This document shows positions 1 through 10,475 of a DNA stretch of 43,720 nucleotides, piece after piece. The stretch spans positions 1 to 43,720 of the forward strand of contig JAYUWC010000177.1 in NCBI GenBank assembly GCA_043753755.1, in the 5' to 3' direction. Numbering within the stretch: position 1 is the stretch's first letter; each line of letters opens with the position of its first letter. Origin of the DNA: Rhizobacter sp. (lineage in GTDB: Bacteria; Pseudomonadota; Gammaproteobacteria; Burkholderiales; Burkholderiaceae_C). The position numbers were made by a program, and so were the translations under genes. A model generated the notes under the pieces. The model saw nothing but the letters and a program-made list of their open reading frames with translations, did not search any database and was not told the DNA's origin.

Positions 1-190
1 CGCAGCGCTCGGCTGCGCACCCGTAGAATCGGCGAACTTCCGAATCCAGCCCGATGAACGCCGCCCTCCGCCCAGCACGACCCTTGTCGGGTGCTGCGCG
101 CGCGCGGAATCTCGCCGCCCTTGCGCTTCGCTCGGGCCTGCTTTGCGGTGGTCGGGAAGCACCGATTTTTTACCATCCGGAGCTCTTCCC

Positions 191-2611
191 ATGTCAACCA
201 ACCCTCTGGCGACCGCCCTGGTCGCCCCGTTTGAACACCTGAGAATGACCGACGTCGAGTCGGTCGGCGGCAAGAACGCCTCGCTCGGCGAAATGATCAG
301 CCAACTGGCGGCCACCGGCGTGCGCGTGCCCGGTGGCTTCGCCACCACGGCGCACGCGTTCCGCGAGTTCCTGAAGCACGAGGGCCTTGCCACGCGCATC
401 GAAGCGCGTCTGGCCACACTGAACACCGACGACGTTCGCGCCCTGGCCGAAGCCGGCGCCGAGATTCGCCACTGGATCGAGTCGACGCCGTTCCCGGCCG
501 AACTCGACGCTGCGATCACGGCCGAGTTCGCGAAACTGAGCCAGGCCAACCCGGGGGCATCGTTCGCGGTGCGCTCGTCGGCCACCGCCGAAGACCTGCC
601 CGATGCCTCGTTCGCGGGCCAGCAAGAGACCTTCCTCAACGTCGTCGGCATCGACGCCGTGCTGGCGAAGATGAAGGAGGTGTTCGCGAGCCTCTACAAC
701 GACCGCGCGATCAGCTACCGCGTCCACAAGGGCTTCGCGCACAGCGACGTGGCCTTGTCGGCCGGCGTGCAGCGCATGGTGCGTTCCGACCTCGGTGCGG
801 CCGGCGTGATGTTCACGATCGACACCGAGAGCGGCTTCAAGGACGTGGTCTTCATCACCTCCAGCTACGGCCTCGGCGAGACGGTCGTACAAGGCGCCGT
901 GAACCCGGACGAGTTCTATGTGCACAAGCACGCGTTGCGCGCCGGCAAGCTCGCGATCATCCGGCGCAACCTGGGCTCGAAGCTCATCAAGATGGAGTTC
1001 ACGACGCTCGACGAGAAGGCCGCCAGCGGCCAGCTCGTGAAGACGGTGGACACGCTGCACGAGCAGCGCAACCGCTATTCGCTGAGCGACGCCGATGTGG
1101 CTGAGCTGGCCGGCTACGCGCTGACCATCGAGCAGCACTATGGCCGGGCGATGGACATCGAATGGGGCAAGGACGGCGCCGACGGCAAGATCTACATCCT
1201 GCAGGCGCGCCCCGAGACGGTGAAGAGCCAGCAAGAGGGAAAGGTCGAGCAGCGCTACAAGCTCAAGGGCGCGCTTGACGGTGAACGCACGGTTCTCGCT
1301 GAAGGTCGTGCGATCGGCCAGAAGATCGGCACCGGTCCGGTTCGCATCGTGCACAGCCTGGCCGACATGGACACCGTGCAGGCCGGCGACGTGCTCGTCA
1401 CCGACATGACCGACCCGAACTGGGAGCCGGTGATGAAGCGCGCGGCCGCGATCGTCACGAACCGTGGCGGGCGCACCTGCCACGCCGCCATCATCGCGCG
1501 CGAGCTCGGCATTCCGGCCGTGGTCGGGTGCGGTGACGCGACCGATGTGCTGAAAGAGGGCGCGCTCGTTACCGTGGCCTGCTCGGAAGGCGACACCGGC
1601 TACATCTACGACGGCCTGCTCGACACCGAAGTGACCGATGTGCAGCGCGGCGAACTCCCCGCCTGCCCGGTGAAGATCATGATGAACATCGGCAACCCGC
1701 AGCTGGCGTTCGACTTCGCGCAGATGCCGGGCAATGGCGTCGGTCTGGCGCGGCTCGAGTTCATCATCAACAACAACATCGGCGTGCACCCGAAGGCGAT
1801 CCTCGACTACCCGAACATCGACAGCGATCTGAAAAAGGCTGTCGAGAGCGTCGCCCGCGGGCATGCCTCGCCGCGTGCGTTCTATGTCGACAAGCTGGCC
1901 GAAGGCATCGCGACCATCGGCGCAGCGTTCTGGCCCAAGCCGGTGATCGTGCGGCTCTCCGACTTCAAGAGCAACGAGTACCGCAAGCTGATTGGCGGGT
2001 CGCGCTACGAACCCGAAGAAGAGAACCCGATGCTGGGTTTTCGTGGCGCTTCACGCTACGTGAGCGAGGCCTTCGGTGAAGCCTTTGCAATGGAGTGCGA
2101 GGCGCTCAAGCGGGTGCGTGTCGACATGGGCCTCACCAACGTCGAGATCATGGTGCCTTTCGTGCGCACGCTGGCGCAGGCCGAAGCCGTGGTCGGCATG
2201 CTGGCTGAGCGCGGCCTGAAGCGAGCGTCGCAAGGCGGCACCGACGGGCTGCGCGTCATCATGATGTGCGAGGTGCCGAGCAACGCGATCCTGGCCGAGC
2301 GCTTTCTCGAGCACTTCGACGGCATGTCGATCGGCTCGAACGACCTGACCCAGCTCACCCTCGGCCTCGACCGCGACTCGGGCATGGAGTTGCTGGCGAA
2401 AGATTTCGACGAACGCGACCCTGCGGTCAAGGCGTTGATCTCGAAGGCGATCGCAGCCTGTCTTGCGGCCGGCAAATACGTCGGCATTTGCGGCCAGGGC
2501 CCCAGCGATCACCCCGACTTCGCCGACTGGTTGGCTGCCGAGGGCATCCTCTCGATCTCGCTCAATCCCGACTCGGTGATCGACACCTGGAAACGGCTCG
2601 GGTCGACCTGA
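191..2611 (+). CDS. ppsA: phosphoenolpyruvate synthase (pyruvate, water dikinase)
   Basis: Motifs [33 protein letters not shown], phospho-His loop [15 protein letters not shown] and [12 protein letters not shown] at 191 follows GGAG. Confidence 0.97.
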   Translation: MSTNPLATALVAPFEHLRMTDVESVGGKNASLGEMISQLAATGVRVPGGFATTAHAFREFLKHEGLATRIEARLATLNTDDVRALAEAGAEIRHWIESTPFPAELDAAITAEFAKLSQANPGASFAVRSSATAEDLPDASFAGQQETFLNVVGIDAVLAKMKEVFASLYNDRAISYRVHKGFAHSDVALSAGVQRMVRSDLGAAGVMFTIDTESGFKDVVFITSSYGLGETVVQGAVNPDEFYVHKHALRAGKLAIIRRNLGSKLIKMEFTTLDEKAASGQLVKTVDTLHEQRNRYSLSDADVAELAGYALTIEQHYGRAMDIEWGKDGADGKIYILQARPETVKSQQEGKVEQRYKLKGALDGERTVLAEGRAIGQKIGTGPVRIVHSLADMDTVQAGDVLVTDMTDPNWEPVMKRAAAIVTNRGGRTCHAAIIARELGIPAVVGCGDATDVLKEGALVTVACSEGDTGYIYDGLLDTEVTDVQRGELPACPVKIMMNIGNPQLAFDFAQMPGNGVGLARLEFIINNNIGVHPKAILDYPNIDSDLKKAVESVARGHASPRAFYVDKLAEGIATIGAAFWPKPVIVRLSDFKSNEYRKLIGGSRYEPEEENPMLGFRGASRYVSEAFGEAFAMECEALKRVRVDMGLTNVEIMVPFVRTLAQAEAVVGMLAERGLKRASQGGTDGLRVIMMCEVPSNAILAERFLEHFDGMSIGSNDLTQLTLGLDRDSGMELLAKDFDERDPAVKALISKAIAACLAAGKYVGICGQGPSDHPDFADWLAAEGILSISLNPDSVIDTWKRLGST

Positions 2612-2616
2612 GTGCG

Positions 2617-3165
2617 TCAGGCGTTCGACAAGGCCAGCACCATCTGGTCCTTGTCGAAGTAGCGACCTTCGAAGCAGATCGCCATGCCCAAAGTACCGTA
2701 TCGAACGAAGCCGGCCGCCTCATAAAGGCGAATCGCAGATGCGTTGCCGGCGGTCACGGTGAGCGTCAGCATCTCTAGACCATCGCTGCTGCGCGACTCA
2801 TCGATACACGCTGCCAGCAGCGCGGCGCCGACGCCTTGGCGTTTGTGTCGATCACTCACCATCATGCCGACGATGTGCCCGATGTGGCGCACTTTGACGC
2901 GCACATCGCGTTCGCAGCTGATGGCGCCGATCAGCGTCTCGGCATGCCACGCTCCAAGGATGAATGCGCCGCCTTCGGGACGTTCGAGGCCGAGGCGCGA
3001 GCGATAGCTGTCAGCTGTGCGACCCCGCTCTTCGGCCGCGTCGGAGGTGAATGCCGAGGGGTGCGCAGCGAGTACCGCCTCACGCAACGCCTTGTAGGCC
3101 GGCAGGTTGTCGATGTCCAGGCGCCGGACAGCAACTGACGGTGCGCGGGTCGCGTTCGAGATCAT
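2617..3165 (-). CDS. GNAT family N-acetyltransferase
   Basis: Acetyl-CoA motif A ([16 protein letters not shown]) and motif B ([13 protein letters not shown]). ATG at 3165 overlaps the moaA stop (ATGA). Confidence 0.88.
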   Translation of the reverse strand: MISNATRAPSVAVRRLDIDNLPAYKALREAVLAAHPSAFTSDAAEERGRTADSYRSRLGLERPEGGAFILGAWHAETLIGAISCERDVRVKVRHIGHIVGMMVSDRHKRQGVGAALLAACIDESRSSDGLEMLTLTVTAGNASAIRLYEAAGFVRYGTLGMAICFEGRYFDKDQMVLALSNA

Positions 3166-4283
3166 CCGCCGATGTAGTGCATCTCGACCCGGTGTTCGGC
3201 TTGGCCGGCCCCACTGGAGCTGCTGGCGCTGCGCAACTCCGAGTAGCGATCGTCGCGTGCCTGCCAAATCAAACCGATCGCGCCGGCGATTTGCGCGTCG
3301 GTGCAGTTGCTGCGCAGCAGCGCGCGCAGGTCGTGACCGTGGCTCGCGAAGAGGCAGAGAAACAGCTTGCCTTCGGTCGAGAGCCTGGCGCGGTTGCAGT
3401 CGGCACAGAACGCCTGGGTGACGCTCGAAATCGCACCAACTTCGCCCCCGCCATCGGCGTAGCGCCAACGCGCAGCCGTTTCGCCGAGCACGGTGGCCAC
3501 GACGGGTACCAGCGGCATCTCGGCATTGATACGTGCGATGACCTGCTCTGAAGGCAGCACCTCATTCAAGCGCCAGCCATTGGTGGCGCCGACATCCATG
3601 TACTCGATGAAGCGCAGCACCGCGCCGCTGCCTTTGAAGTACCGCGCCATCGGCAGAATCTGATGGTCATTGGTGCCGCGTTTGACGACCATGTTGATCT
3701 TGATCGGATCGAGGCCTGCAGTGTGCGCAGCATCGATGCCGGCAAGCACGTCGGCCACCGGGAAGTCGGCGTCGTTCATGCTGCGAAAGGTGGCGTCGTC
3801 GAGGGCATCGAGGCTCACGGTCACGCGTTGCAGGCCGGCATCCTTCAAGGCCTGGGCCTTGCGTGCGAGCAGTGAGCCGTTGGTGGTGAGCGTAAGGTCG
3901 AGCGGCTCGCCTTCGGGGGTGCGCAACCCAGCCAGCATGGCGACCAGCACCTCGAGGTTTTTGCGCAGCAGCGGCTCGCCGCCGGTCAGGCGGATCTTGC
4001 GTACGCCATGGGCGACAAATATCTTCGCAGCGCGGGCGATCTCTTCGAAACTCAGCAGTGACGAATGCGGCAAGAAGCTGTAGTGCTTGTCGAAGACCTC
4101 TCTCGGCATGCAGTAGCTGCATCGAAAATTGCAGCGGTCGGTAACCGAGATACGCAGGTCGCGCAGGGGGCGCCCCAAGGTGTCGCCGAGAAGACCGGTC
4201 GGCAGCGCATCAACCGTTGGCACGAGTGGCAAGCGCGCGGCGTAGCGGTGGTCGGCCAGGGGAATAACGACTTTGCCGGTCAT
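3162..4283 (-). CDS. moaA: GTP 3',8-cyclase (molybdenum cofactor biosynthesis, radical SAM)
   Basis: [17 protein letters not shown] (CxxxCxxC), [19 protein letters not shown] and the C-terminal MHYIGG. Confidence 0.97.
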   Translation of the reverse strand: MTGKVVIPLADHRYAARLPLVPTVDALPTGLLGDTLGRPLRDLRISVTDRCNFRCSYCMPREVFDKHYSFLPHSSLLSFEEIARAAKIFVAHGVRKIRLTGGEPLLRKNLEVLVAMLAGLRTPEGEPLDLTLTTNGSLLARKAQALKDAGLQRVTVSLDALDDATFRSMNDADFPVADVLAGIDAAHTAGLDPIKINMVVKRGTNDHQILPMARYFKGSGAVLRFIEYMDVGATNGWRLNEVLPSEQVIARINAEMPLVPVVATVLGETAARWRYADGGGEVGAISSVTQAFCADCNRARLSTEGKLFLCLFASHGHDLRALLRSNCTDAQIAGAIGLIWQARDDRYSELRSASSSSGAGQAEHRVEMHYIGG

Positions 4284-4323
4284 GCCACGATTGTGCCTTC
4301 GTGCGGCAAATACCTGGGTCGCG

Positions 4324-4995
4324 TCAGCGGGTTGGCGTGCCTGCAGCAGGGGTCTCGGACGAAGCCGGCTGATCGGCGACCGGATCGGCGCGGCGCGCGC
4401 CGGTAAAGCGCTTGGCCCAGTAGACGATGCGCATGTCCTCGATCCGCACTTCGCCGCCCGGCTTGGGCGAGTGCACGAACTTGCCGTCGCCGATGTAGAT
4501 GCCCACGTGCGAAAAGGTGCGCCTGAGGGTGTTGAAGAACACCAGGTCGCCGGGCTGCAACTCGTCTTTCTTCACAGTAACAAGGCCGGCCGCTTTGGCC
4601 TGTTCGTCGGCGCGTCGCGGCAGCAGCAGGCCAATGCTGCTTTCAAACACCTGGCGCGTGAAGCCGCTGCAATCGAAACCTTTTTCGGCCGAATTGCCGC
4701 CGCGTTTGTAGCGCACGCCGAGAAAATCTATTGCCGTGAGCACCATGACAGCCGCCCCGTCACGCACTTGGGCGACCAACCCGGGGGCAGAGGTTGCGCT
4801 GTTAGTGCCGACGACCAGACCCTTGTCCGCAAGGAAGCGCTCGACCGCATCGACCGGCGCCGAAGCACTGACAGCGGGCGCGAATGCAGCGTGATCTGCA
4901 GGTGCGGCCGATGCGCACATGGGTGGCACTAGAGCCAAGGCAGCGATGACGGAGCACGAAGCGCGCGACACCCACCGAGATCGAAAATTCGACAT
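4324..4995 (-). CDS. NlpC/P60 (C40) family peptidoglycan endopeptidase, secreted
   Basis: GFDCSGF catalytic Cys, [26 protein letters not shown], and a signal-peptide-like N-terminus. Start codon uncertain. Confidence 0.92.
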   Translation of the reverse strand: MSNFRSRWVSRASCSVIAALALVPPMCASAAPADHAAFAPAVSASAPVDAVERFLADKGLVVGTNSATSAPGLVAQVRDGAAVMVLTAIDFLGVRYKRGGNSAEKGFDCSGFTRQVFESSIGLLLPRRADEQAKAAGLVTVKKDELQPGDLVFFNTLRRTFSHVGIYIGDGKFVHSPKPGGEVRIEDMRIVYWAKRFTGARRADPVADQPASSETPAAGTPTR

Positions 4996-5162
4996 TGCGC
5001 GCAGAATAGGCCACCCAAACGTCTGCGTCAATCTGAAAAATATCAATACGGACAAAGGCTTGGCGCACTTTTGTGACGTGACGATTGCTCATGAACCTGC
5101 AGGTCGCGGAAGCGCTCGAATTGCCCGCCCCGGTTGTTCAGCCTCGTTATTCAGGAGTCACC

Positions 5163-6140
5163 ATGTTCAACGCCTTGCTGCTTGAAAAACCGGAGTCCGG
5201 CTTTCGCGCCAGTGTCCAGGCCGTCGACGAGACGGCGCTGCCCGAGGGCGACCTGCTCGTTCGAATCGACCATTCGACGCTCAACTACAAAGACGGTCTG
5301 GCGATCACCGACAGGGCGCCGGTCGTTCGAAGCTGGCCGATGGTGGCTGGCATCGATGGCGCCGGCGTCGTGCTCGAGAGCACGCACAGCCAATGGAAGC
5401 CCGGCGACTGTTTCATCCACAACGGCTGGGGTGTCGGTGAAACGCGATGGGGCTGCTTGGCCGAGCGCGCGCGGCTCAAAGGTGATTGGCTGGTGCCGTT
5501 ACCCGACGAATTTTCGACCGAGCAGGCAATGGCGATCGGCACCGCGGGCTACACCGCGATGCTCTGCGTGATGGCACTCGAGCGCCACGGATTGAAGGCT
5601 GGCGACGGCGATGTGTTGGTGACCGGCGCGACCGGCGGTGTCGGCAGCGTTGCCGTCGCCTTGTTGGCGCACCTCGGTCACCGCGTCACCGCGGCCACCG
5701 GCAAGCTCGACGAAGCCGACTATCTGCGTGCCCTCGGCGCCAGCCACGTGATCGACCGGGCCGAGTTGAGCGCGGCCGGCAAGCCATTGCAACAAGAGCG
5801 TTGGGCGGCCGTCGTCGACGCGGTCGGCAGTCACACGCTGGTCAACGCGCTCGCCCAGACTCGTTACGGCGGCGTTGTGGCCGCATGTGGCCTGGCGCAA
5901 GGTTTCGATTTGCCGGCGACTGTGATGCCTTTCATTTTGCGCGGGGTGACGCTCGCCGGCATCGACAGCGTGATGGCGCCGTTGCCACTGCGCCGTGAAG
6001 CGTGGTTGAGATTGGCCCGGGATATCGACCCGAAGCGGCTCGCGTCCATCACGCAAGTCGTGCCGCTGCACGAGGCGATCGCCAAGGCGCGCGCGTTGAT
6101 GCAAGGGCAAGTGCGCGGGCGCATCGTCGTCAAGATTTGA
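5163..6140 (+). CDS. acuI: MDR family oxidoreductase, AcuI/YhdH type (putative acryloyl-CoA reductase)
   Basis: STLNYKDGLA, AMAIGTAGYTAMLC, VLVTGATGGVGS and PFILRGVTLAGIDSV. AGGAG RBS before ATG 5163. Confidence 0.88.
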   Translation: MFNALLLEKPESGFRASVQAVDETALPEGDLLVRIDHSTLNYKDGLAITDRAPVVRSWPMVAGIDGAGVVLESTHSQWKPGDCFIHNGWGVGETRWGCLAERARLKGDWLVPLPDEFSTEQAMAIGTAGYTAMLCVMALERHGLKAGDGDVLVTGATGGVGSVAVALLAHLGHRVTAATGKLDEADYLRALGASHVIDRAELSAAGKPLQQERWAAVVDAVGSHTLVNALAQTRYGGVVAACGLAQGFDLPATVMPFILRGVTLAGIDSVMAPLPLRREAWLRLARDIDPKRLASITQVVPLHEAIAKARALMQGQVRGRIVVKI

Positions 6141-6241
6141 AACTGCTTCGATGACGACGTTTGTCGCCTTCTTTGCCGTCTGATCCAAAAACGCGACAAG
6201 CTGTAAAGCGACGTGACCGTTTGAACGTAGAAAGACATCCG

Positions 6242-7516
6242 ATGACCGACTCGAATGCCGATACCTCGCACGTCGATGCGCCACCGCTCGACGCCGCCGC
6301 TAGCGATCCCAACGTGATGGGCTGGATGCAAGGCTCGCCGCCGCCTCCTGAAATGCAAGTGCGATTCGACGACGGCGGTATGTACACGTTCCCGAAGTTG
6401 CGCTGGGCGCAATCGAACATTCGCCGGCTGGTGCCGACCACGAATGTCTCGCGCGGCGACGGCCCGGTTCGCGTTTTGATGCGCGCCGACCGCGACGATC
6501 TCGACGGCGTGCGGTTCATGCCACTGGGGCAAAGCAAGGCGTTGACCTGGAAAGAGTCGCTTGCTGCCAACTACACCGACGGCATCGTCGTTCTACATCG
6601 AGGCCGCATCGTCTACGAGCGCTACTTCGGTGCGCTCGACGCGCAGCGCTGCCACATCGCGTGGTCGGTGACCAAGTCGTTCTACGGCCTGATAGCCGCC
6701 TCGCTCATTGCAGAGGGTCGTCTCGACCCTCGCGCCACGGTCGATGGCTTCGTGCCCGAACTCGCCGGCAGCGGCCTTGGCAACGCCACGCTCAGGCAGG
6801 TGCTCGACATGACGACTTCGCTGCAGTACTCCGAGGACTACACCGACCCGCAATCCGGCGTGTGGTCGCACGGCCGCGCCGGAGGTATCTTGTCGCGGCC
6901 CGCTGATTACGCTGGCCCAGCGAGCTTCACCGATTTTCTGGCCACGCTGCGGCAAGACGCACCGCACGGTCAGGTCTTTGCCTACAAGACTGTCAACACC
7001 GACGCGCTCGGCTGGGTCTTGCGGCGGGTCACTGGCCTGTCACTTGCCGATCTGCTGCAGCAACGCATTTGGTCGATGCTTGGCGCCGAGCAAGACGCCT
7101 ACATGATGGTCGACACGACCGGCACCGAGTTCGCGGGTGGCGGCTTCAACTGCTGTCTGCGCGATTTGGCGCGCTTCGGTGAGATGGTTCGTGGCGGGGG
7201 TCGCTGGAACGGCCGGCAGGTGGTGCCCAAGGCCGCCATCGACGGCATTCGAAGTGGGGCCGACCCGCAGCAGTTCGAACCTGCCGGCTACGTGCACCTG
7301 CCGGGCGCCAGCTACCGCGACATGTGGTGGGTCACGCACAACCCGCACGGCGCGTTTTGCGCTCGCGGCATCCACGGGCAGGGCGTTTATGTCGACCCGA
7401 CCGCCGAGATGACGATCGCGCGATTTGCCTCGCACCATATTGCCGGCAATTCAGGCATCGACCCGACGACGTTGCCGGCCTACCACGCGATGGCGCTGCA
7501 CCTGATGAGCAGCTGA
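6242..7516 (+). CDS. serine hydrolase, beta-lactamase class C / 6-aminohexanoate-dimer hydrolase (NylB)-like
   Basis: SxxK motif (WSVTKS), FAYKTVNT, LRDLARFG and ARGIHGQ. Confidence 0.85.
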   Translation: MTDSNADTSHVDAPPLDAAASDPNVMGWMQGSPPPPEMQVRFDDGGMYTFPKLRWAQSNIRRLVPTTNVSRGDGPVRVLMRADRDDLDGVRFMPLGQSKALTWKESLAANYTDGIVVLHRGRIVYERYFGALDAQRCHIAWSVTKSFYGLIAASLIAEGRLDPRATVDGFVPELAGSGLGNATLRQVLDMTTSLQYSEDYTDPQSGVWSHGRAGGILSRPADYAGPASFTDFLATLRQDAPHGQVFAYKTVNTDALGWVLRRVTGLSLADLLQQRIWSMLGAEQDAYMMVDTTGTEFAGGGFNCCLRDLARFGEMVRGGGRWNGRQVVPKAAIDGIRSGADPQQFEPAGYVHLPGASYRDMWWVTHNPHGAFCARGIHGQGVYVDPTAEMTIARFASHHIAGNSGIDPTTLPAYHAMALHLMSS

Positions 7517-7544
7517 TTGCGCCACTTCAGGCGGCCGTCAGCGC

Positions 7545-9209
7545 TTAAAGCACTTCGCTCGCAAAGTCAGCGAGCCGCGAACGTTCGCCTCGCGCGAGCG
7601 TCACGTGGCCCGAGTGCGGCCAACCCTTGAAGCGGTCGACGGCGAACGTGAGCCCCGAACTGCCTTCGGTGAGGTAGGGCGTGTCGATTTGAGCGAGGTT
7701 GCCGAGGCAGACAATTTTGGTGCCCGGCCCGGCACGCGTGATCAGCGTCTTCATCTGCTTCGGCGTGAGGTTTTGCGCCTCGTCGATGATGACGAACTTG
7801 TTCAGGAACGTGCGGCCGCGCATGAAGTTGAGCGACTTGATCTTGATCTTGCTGCGCACCAGGTCGTTGGTGGCCGCGCGGCCCCATTCGCCGGCGCCGC
7901 CATCGGTCTTGGAGAGTACTTCGAGGTTGTCGTCGAGGGCGCCCATCCAGGGGCTCATCTTCTCTTCTTCGGTGCCGGGCAAAAAACCGATGTCTTCACC
8001 GACCGGCACGGTGACGCGGGTCACGATGATCTCGGTGTAGCGGCGGTCGTCCATCACCTGACTCAAGCCTGCGGCCAAGGTCATCAGCGTCTTGCCGGTG
8101 CCTGCCGTGCCAGTCAGCGTGATGAAGTCGCACTCGGGATCCATCAGCAGATTGAGGCCGAAGTTCTGCTCGCGATTGCGAGCGGTCACGCCCCACACCG
8201 CATTTTTTTGGTGCGTGTATTCCTTCAGCGTGCGCAGCACCGCCGTCTTGCCGGTGATCTCGATCACCTTCGCGTAAAGCGATGCTGCACCCGGCGCCTC
8301 AAGGTAGACGAACTGGTTGATCAGCAGCACAGGCACCATCGGCCCGGTGATTCGGTAGTAGGTGAGGCCGCCTTGCTGCCAGCTCTCCATCGTCTTGCCG
8401 TGCTTGTCCCAGAAGTCGGCCGGCAGTGGTAGCACGCCGGTATAGAGCAAGTCGCCGTCTTCCAGCGTCATGTCGTTCAGATAATCCTCGGCCGGCAGGC
8501 CGAGCGCACGCGCCTTGATGCGCATGTTGATGTCTTTCGACACCAGCACCACATCGCGCCCCGGCTGCTGCTCACGAAGCGCTTGCACGACGCCCAAAAT
8601 CTGGTTGTCGGCCTTGCCCTGCGGCAGGCCTATCGGCAATTTAACGTCGATCAAATTGGTCTGGAAAAAGAGTTTTCCGCCAGCCTCGCGGTGGCCGGTG
8701 CGCGCGAGCGGCAGGCCCTCAGACATCCCCGACGAATCGCGTGACGGCATGATGGCGGCGAGCGCATCGAGTTCGCGACTCACCTGGCGCGCATTGCGCG
8801 ACACCTCGGTCATGCCGCGCTTGTGGCCATCCAATTCTTCGAGCGTGATCATCGGCAGGTAGATGTCGTGCTCTTCGAAGCGAAACAAGGAGGTCGGGTC
8901 ATGCATCAGCACGTTGGTGTCGAGCACAAAAAGCGTCGCTGGGCCATCGCCACGCGGCTTGCGCGCGCGGGTCTCGTGTTGCGGCTTGCGCGGCGGACTC
9001 GCAGGTTTGATGACGACAGGTGAAACCTTGGGCGCAGAGGCGCCCGGCGCCTGTGCCGAGTCGTACAACTCGACGATTGCCGGTGAATCTGGCTCGATTG
9101 CAGCGCGCGCTTTCTGCGGGCGTTTGCTAGGGGGCACTGCCGCTTGGGCCTCGAAGTCGGCGGCGCTAAGGAGGGAGGCTCGTTTTGCAGGCGGCTTGGG
9201 CAGTGGCAT
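7545..9209 (-). CDS. PhoH family protein with N-terminal PIN domain (PhoH2/YbeZ-YlaK-like)
   Basis: PIN motifs FVLDTNVLMHDP, ADNQIL and VLVSKDINMRIKA. PhoH motifs GTAGTGKT, FMRGRTF, IIDEAQN and GNLAQID. Confidence 0.93.
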   Translation of the reverse strand: MPLPKPPAKRASLLSAADFEAQAAVPPSKRPQKARAAIEPDSPAIVELYDSAQAPGASAPKVSPVVIKPASPPRKPQHETRARKPRGDGPATLFVLDTNVLMHDPTSLFRFEEHDIYLPMITLEELDGHKRGMTEVSRNARQVSRELDALAAIMPSRDSSGMSEGLPLARTGHREAGGKLFFQTNLIDVKLPIGLPQGKADNQILGVVQALREQQPGRDVVLVSKDINMRIKARALGLPAEDYLNDMTLEDGDLLYTGVLPLPADFWDKHGKTMESWQQGGLTYYRITGPMVPVLLINQFVYLEAPGAASLYAKVIEITGKTAVLRTLKEYTHQKNAVWGVTARNREQNFGLNLLMDPECDFITLTGTAGTGKTLMTLAAGLSQVMDDRRYTEIIVTRVTVPVGEDIGFLPGTEEEKMSPWMGALDDNLEVLSKTDGGAGEWGRAATNDLVRSKIKIKSLNFMRGRTFLNKFVIIDEAQNLTPKQMKTLITRAGPGTKIVCLGNLAQIDTPYLTEGSSGLTFAVDRFKGWPHSGHVTLARGERSRLADFASEVL

Positions 9210-9231
9210 GGTGGCGGTTGTCGCGGTCAGG

Positions 9232-9264
9232 AAATAAAAAAGCCGCACAGTAGGCTGCGCGGCT
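9232..9264 (-). terminator. intrinsic terminator-like hairpin upstream of the PIN-phoH start
   Basis: Minus strand AGCCGCGCAG-CCTA-CTGTGCGGCT followed by TTTTTATTT. 10-bp stem with one G-U pair. Confidence 0.65.
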
Positions 9265-9363
9265 CGGTCAGGTTCAAGATCTCGAAAAAAGTTTGGGCGC
9301 GCGGATGATTATGCATAAGGCGGGTGACGACGCGGTGTGCTTCGAGCCCGACACCGCGGCATG

Positions 9364-9389
9364 AAAAAGGCCGGCAAAAAGCCGGCCTT
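9364..9389 (-). terminator. intrinsic terminator downstream of bcp
   Basis: Minus strand AAGGCCGGC-TTTTT-GCCGGCCTT followed by TTT. Confidence 0.75.
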
Positions 9390-9408
9390 AAGGGCGGTGC
9401 CGATCGGG

Positions 9409-9885
9409 TCAACCTGCCTTCTTGAGCACTTTTATTTCCTTCAATACTTCTTCGACATGGCCTGCGACCTTGAGGCCGCGCCACTCGCCTTTTAGCACGC
9501 CGTGGCTGTCGATTAAGAAGGTGCTTCGCTCGATGCCCTTGACCTTCTTGCCGTACATGATCTTGTTTTTGACAACGCCGAACATGTGGCAGAGCTTTTC
9601 TTCCGTGTCGGCGATCAATTCGAACGGCAGCTCTAGCGCTTGCTTGAATTTGTCGTGCGAAGCCATGTTGTCGCGCGAGACACCGAAGACCACCGCGCCG
9701 TTCTTGACGAACTCTTTGTGATGATCGCGAAATTGCATCGCTTCGGTGGTGCACCCAGGCGTGTTGTCTTTTGGGTAAAAGTACAAGATAACGATCTTGC
9801 CCAGGTAAGCCTGCGGGGTGAACTTCACGCCACCGGTCGCGAGCGCTTCAAATTCCGGGAGAGGTTTGTTGACAGCTGGCGTCAT
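9409..9885 (-). CDS. bcp: peroxiredoxin, BCP/PrxQ type
   Basis: LYFYPKDNTPGCTTEA (peroxidatic Cys), GVSRD and GIERSTFLID. Confidence 0.93.
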   Translation of the reverse strand: MTPAVNKPLPEFEALATGGVKFTPQAYLGKIVILYFYPKDNTPGCTTEAMQFRDHHKEFVKNGAVVFGVSRDNMASHDKFKQALELPFELIADTEEKLCHMFGVVKNKIMYGKKVKGIERSTFLIDSHGVLKGEWRGLKVAGHVEEVLKEIKVLKKAG

Positions 9886-9963
9886 GGGCTAATTTGATTG
9901 GTTGCGCCGGGGCAGGCGTAGCCAAAGATTATAAACGCTGGGGATCGCCTCTCGACCGCCGCA

Positions 9964-10362
9964 TCAGCACCGAAGAACTTGCACCGGCGGGGCCTCGAAC
10001 AGCAGCGCTGCCAGCACCGAGCGGCCTTCTGCGACCAGCACGTTGTAGGTGCGGCAAGCGGCAGCGGTGTCCATCGTCTCCACGCCGATGCCACGGCCGA
10101 TCAGTGCTCTCATCAGACCTGGCCTGGCAAAGCGGATGCGCGGCCCGCTGCCGAAGATCACCAGTTCGGGTGCCCATGCGGCGAGCCGCTCGAAGTGCGC
10201 TTCGGTCAGCAAATCGAAGCTGGCGGCATTCCACTCCTCCACGGCACCCGCCGACGGCACGATCACGCTATGGCGATGCGCCACCCCGTTGACGATGACC
10301 CCGTCCGGGCCGTGCCGCGCAATTGCGTTTTGACCCTCGATGCGGTCGGCTTGAAATTTCAT
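9964..10362 (-). CDS. Mth938-like domain protein
   Basis: PELVIFGSG and GIGVETMDTAAACRTYNVLVAEGRSV are typical of the Mth938 family. Confidence 0.88.
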   Translation of the reverse strand: MKFQADRIEGQNAIARHGPDGVIVNGVAHRHSVIVPSAGAVEEWNAASFDLLTEAHFERLAAWAPELVIFGSGPRIRFARPGLMRALIGRGIGVETMDTAAACRTYNVLVAEGRSVLAALLFEAPPVQVLRC

Positions 10363-10475
10363 GAGGCGGTGCTCGGTTCAGCGGCATTGGGGCTGGTCAG
10401 CGCGGGCAAATGCGCTCCCACCCTGTGGGTAAAATTCTAGGCTGTTCGCAACCGCGGACGCTCCAGGAGGCTCAC

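Noticed and set aside
5060-5076. TTGGCGCACTTTTGTG as a sigma54 promoter for acuI
   Set aside because: It lacks GC at the -12 position with GG-N10 spacing.
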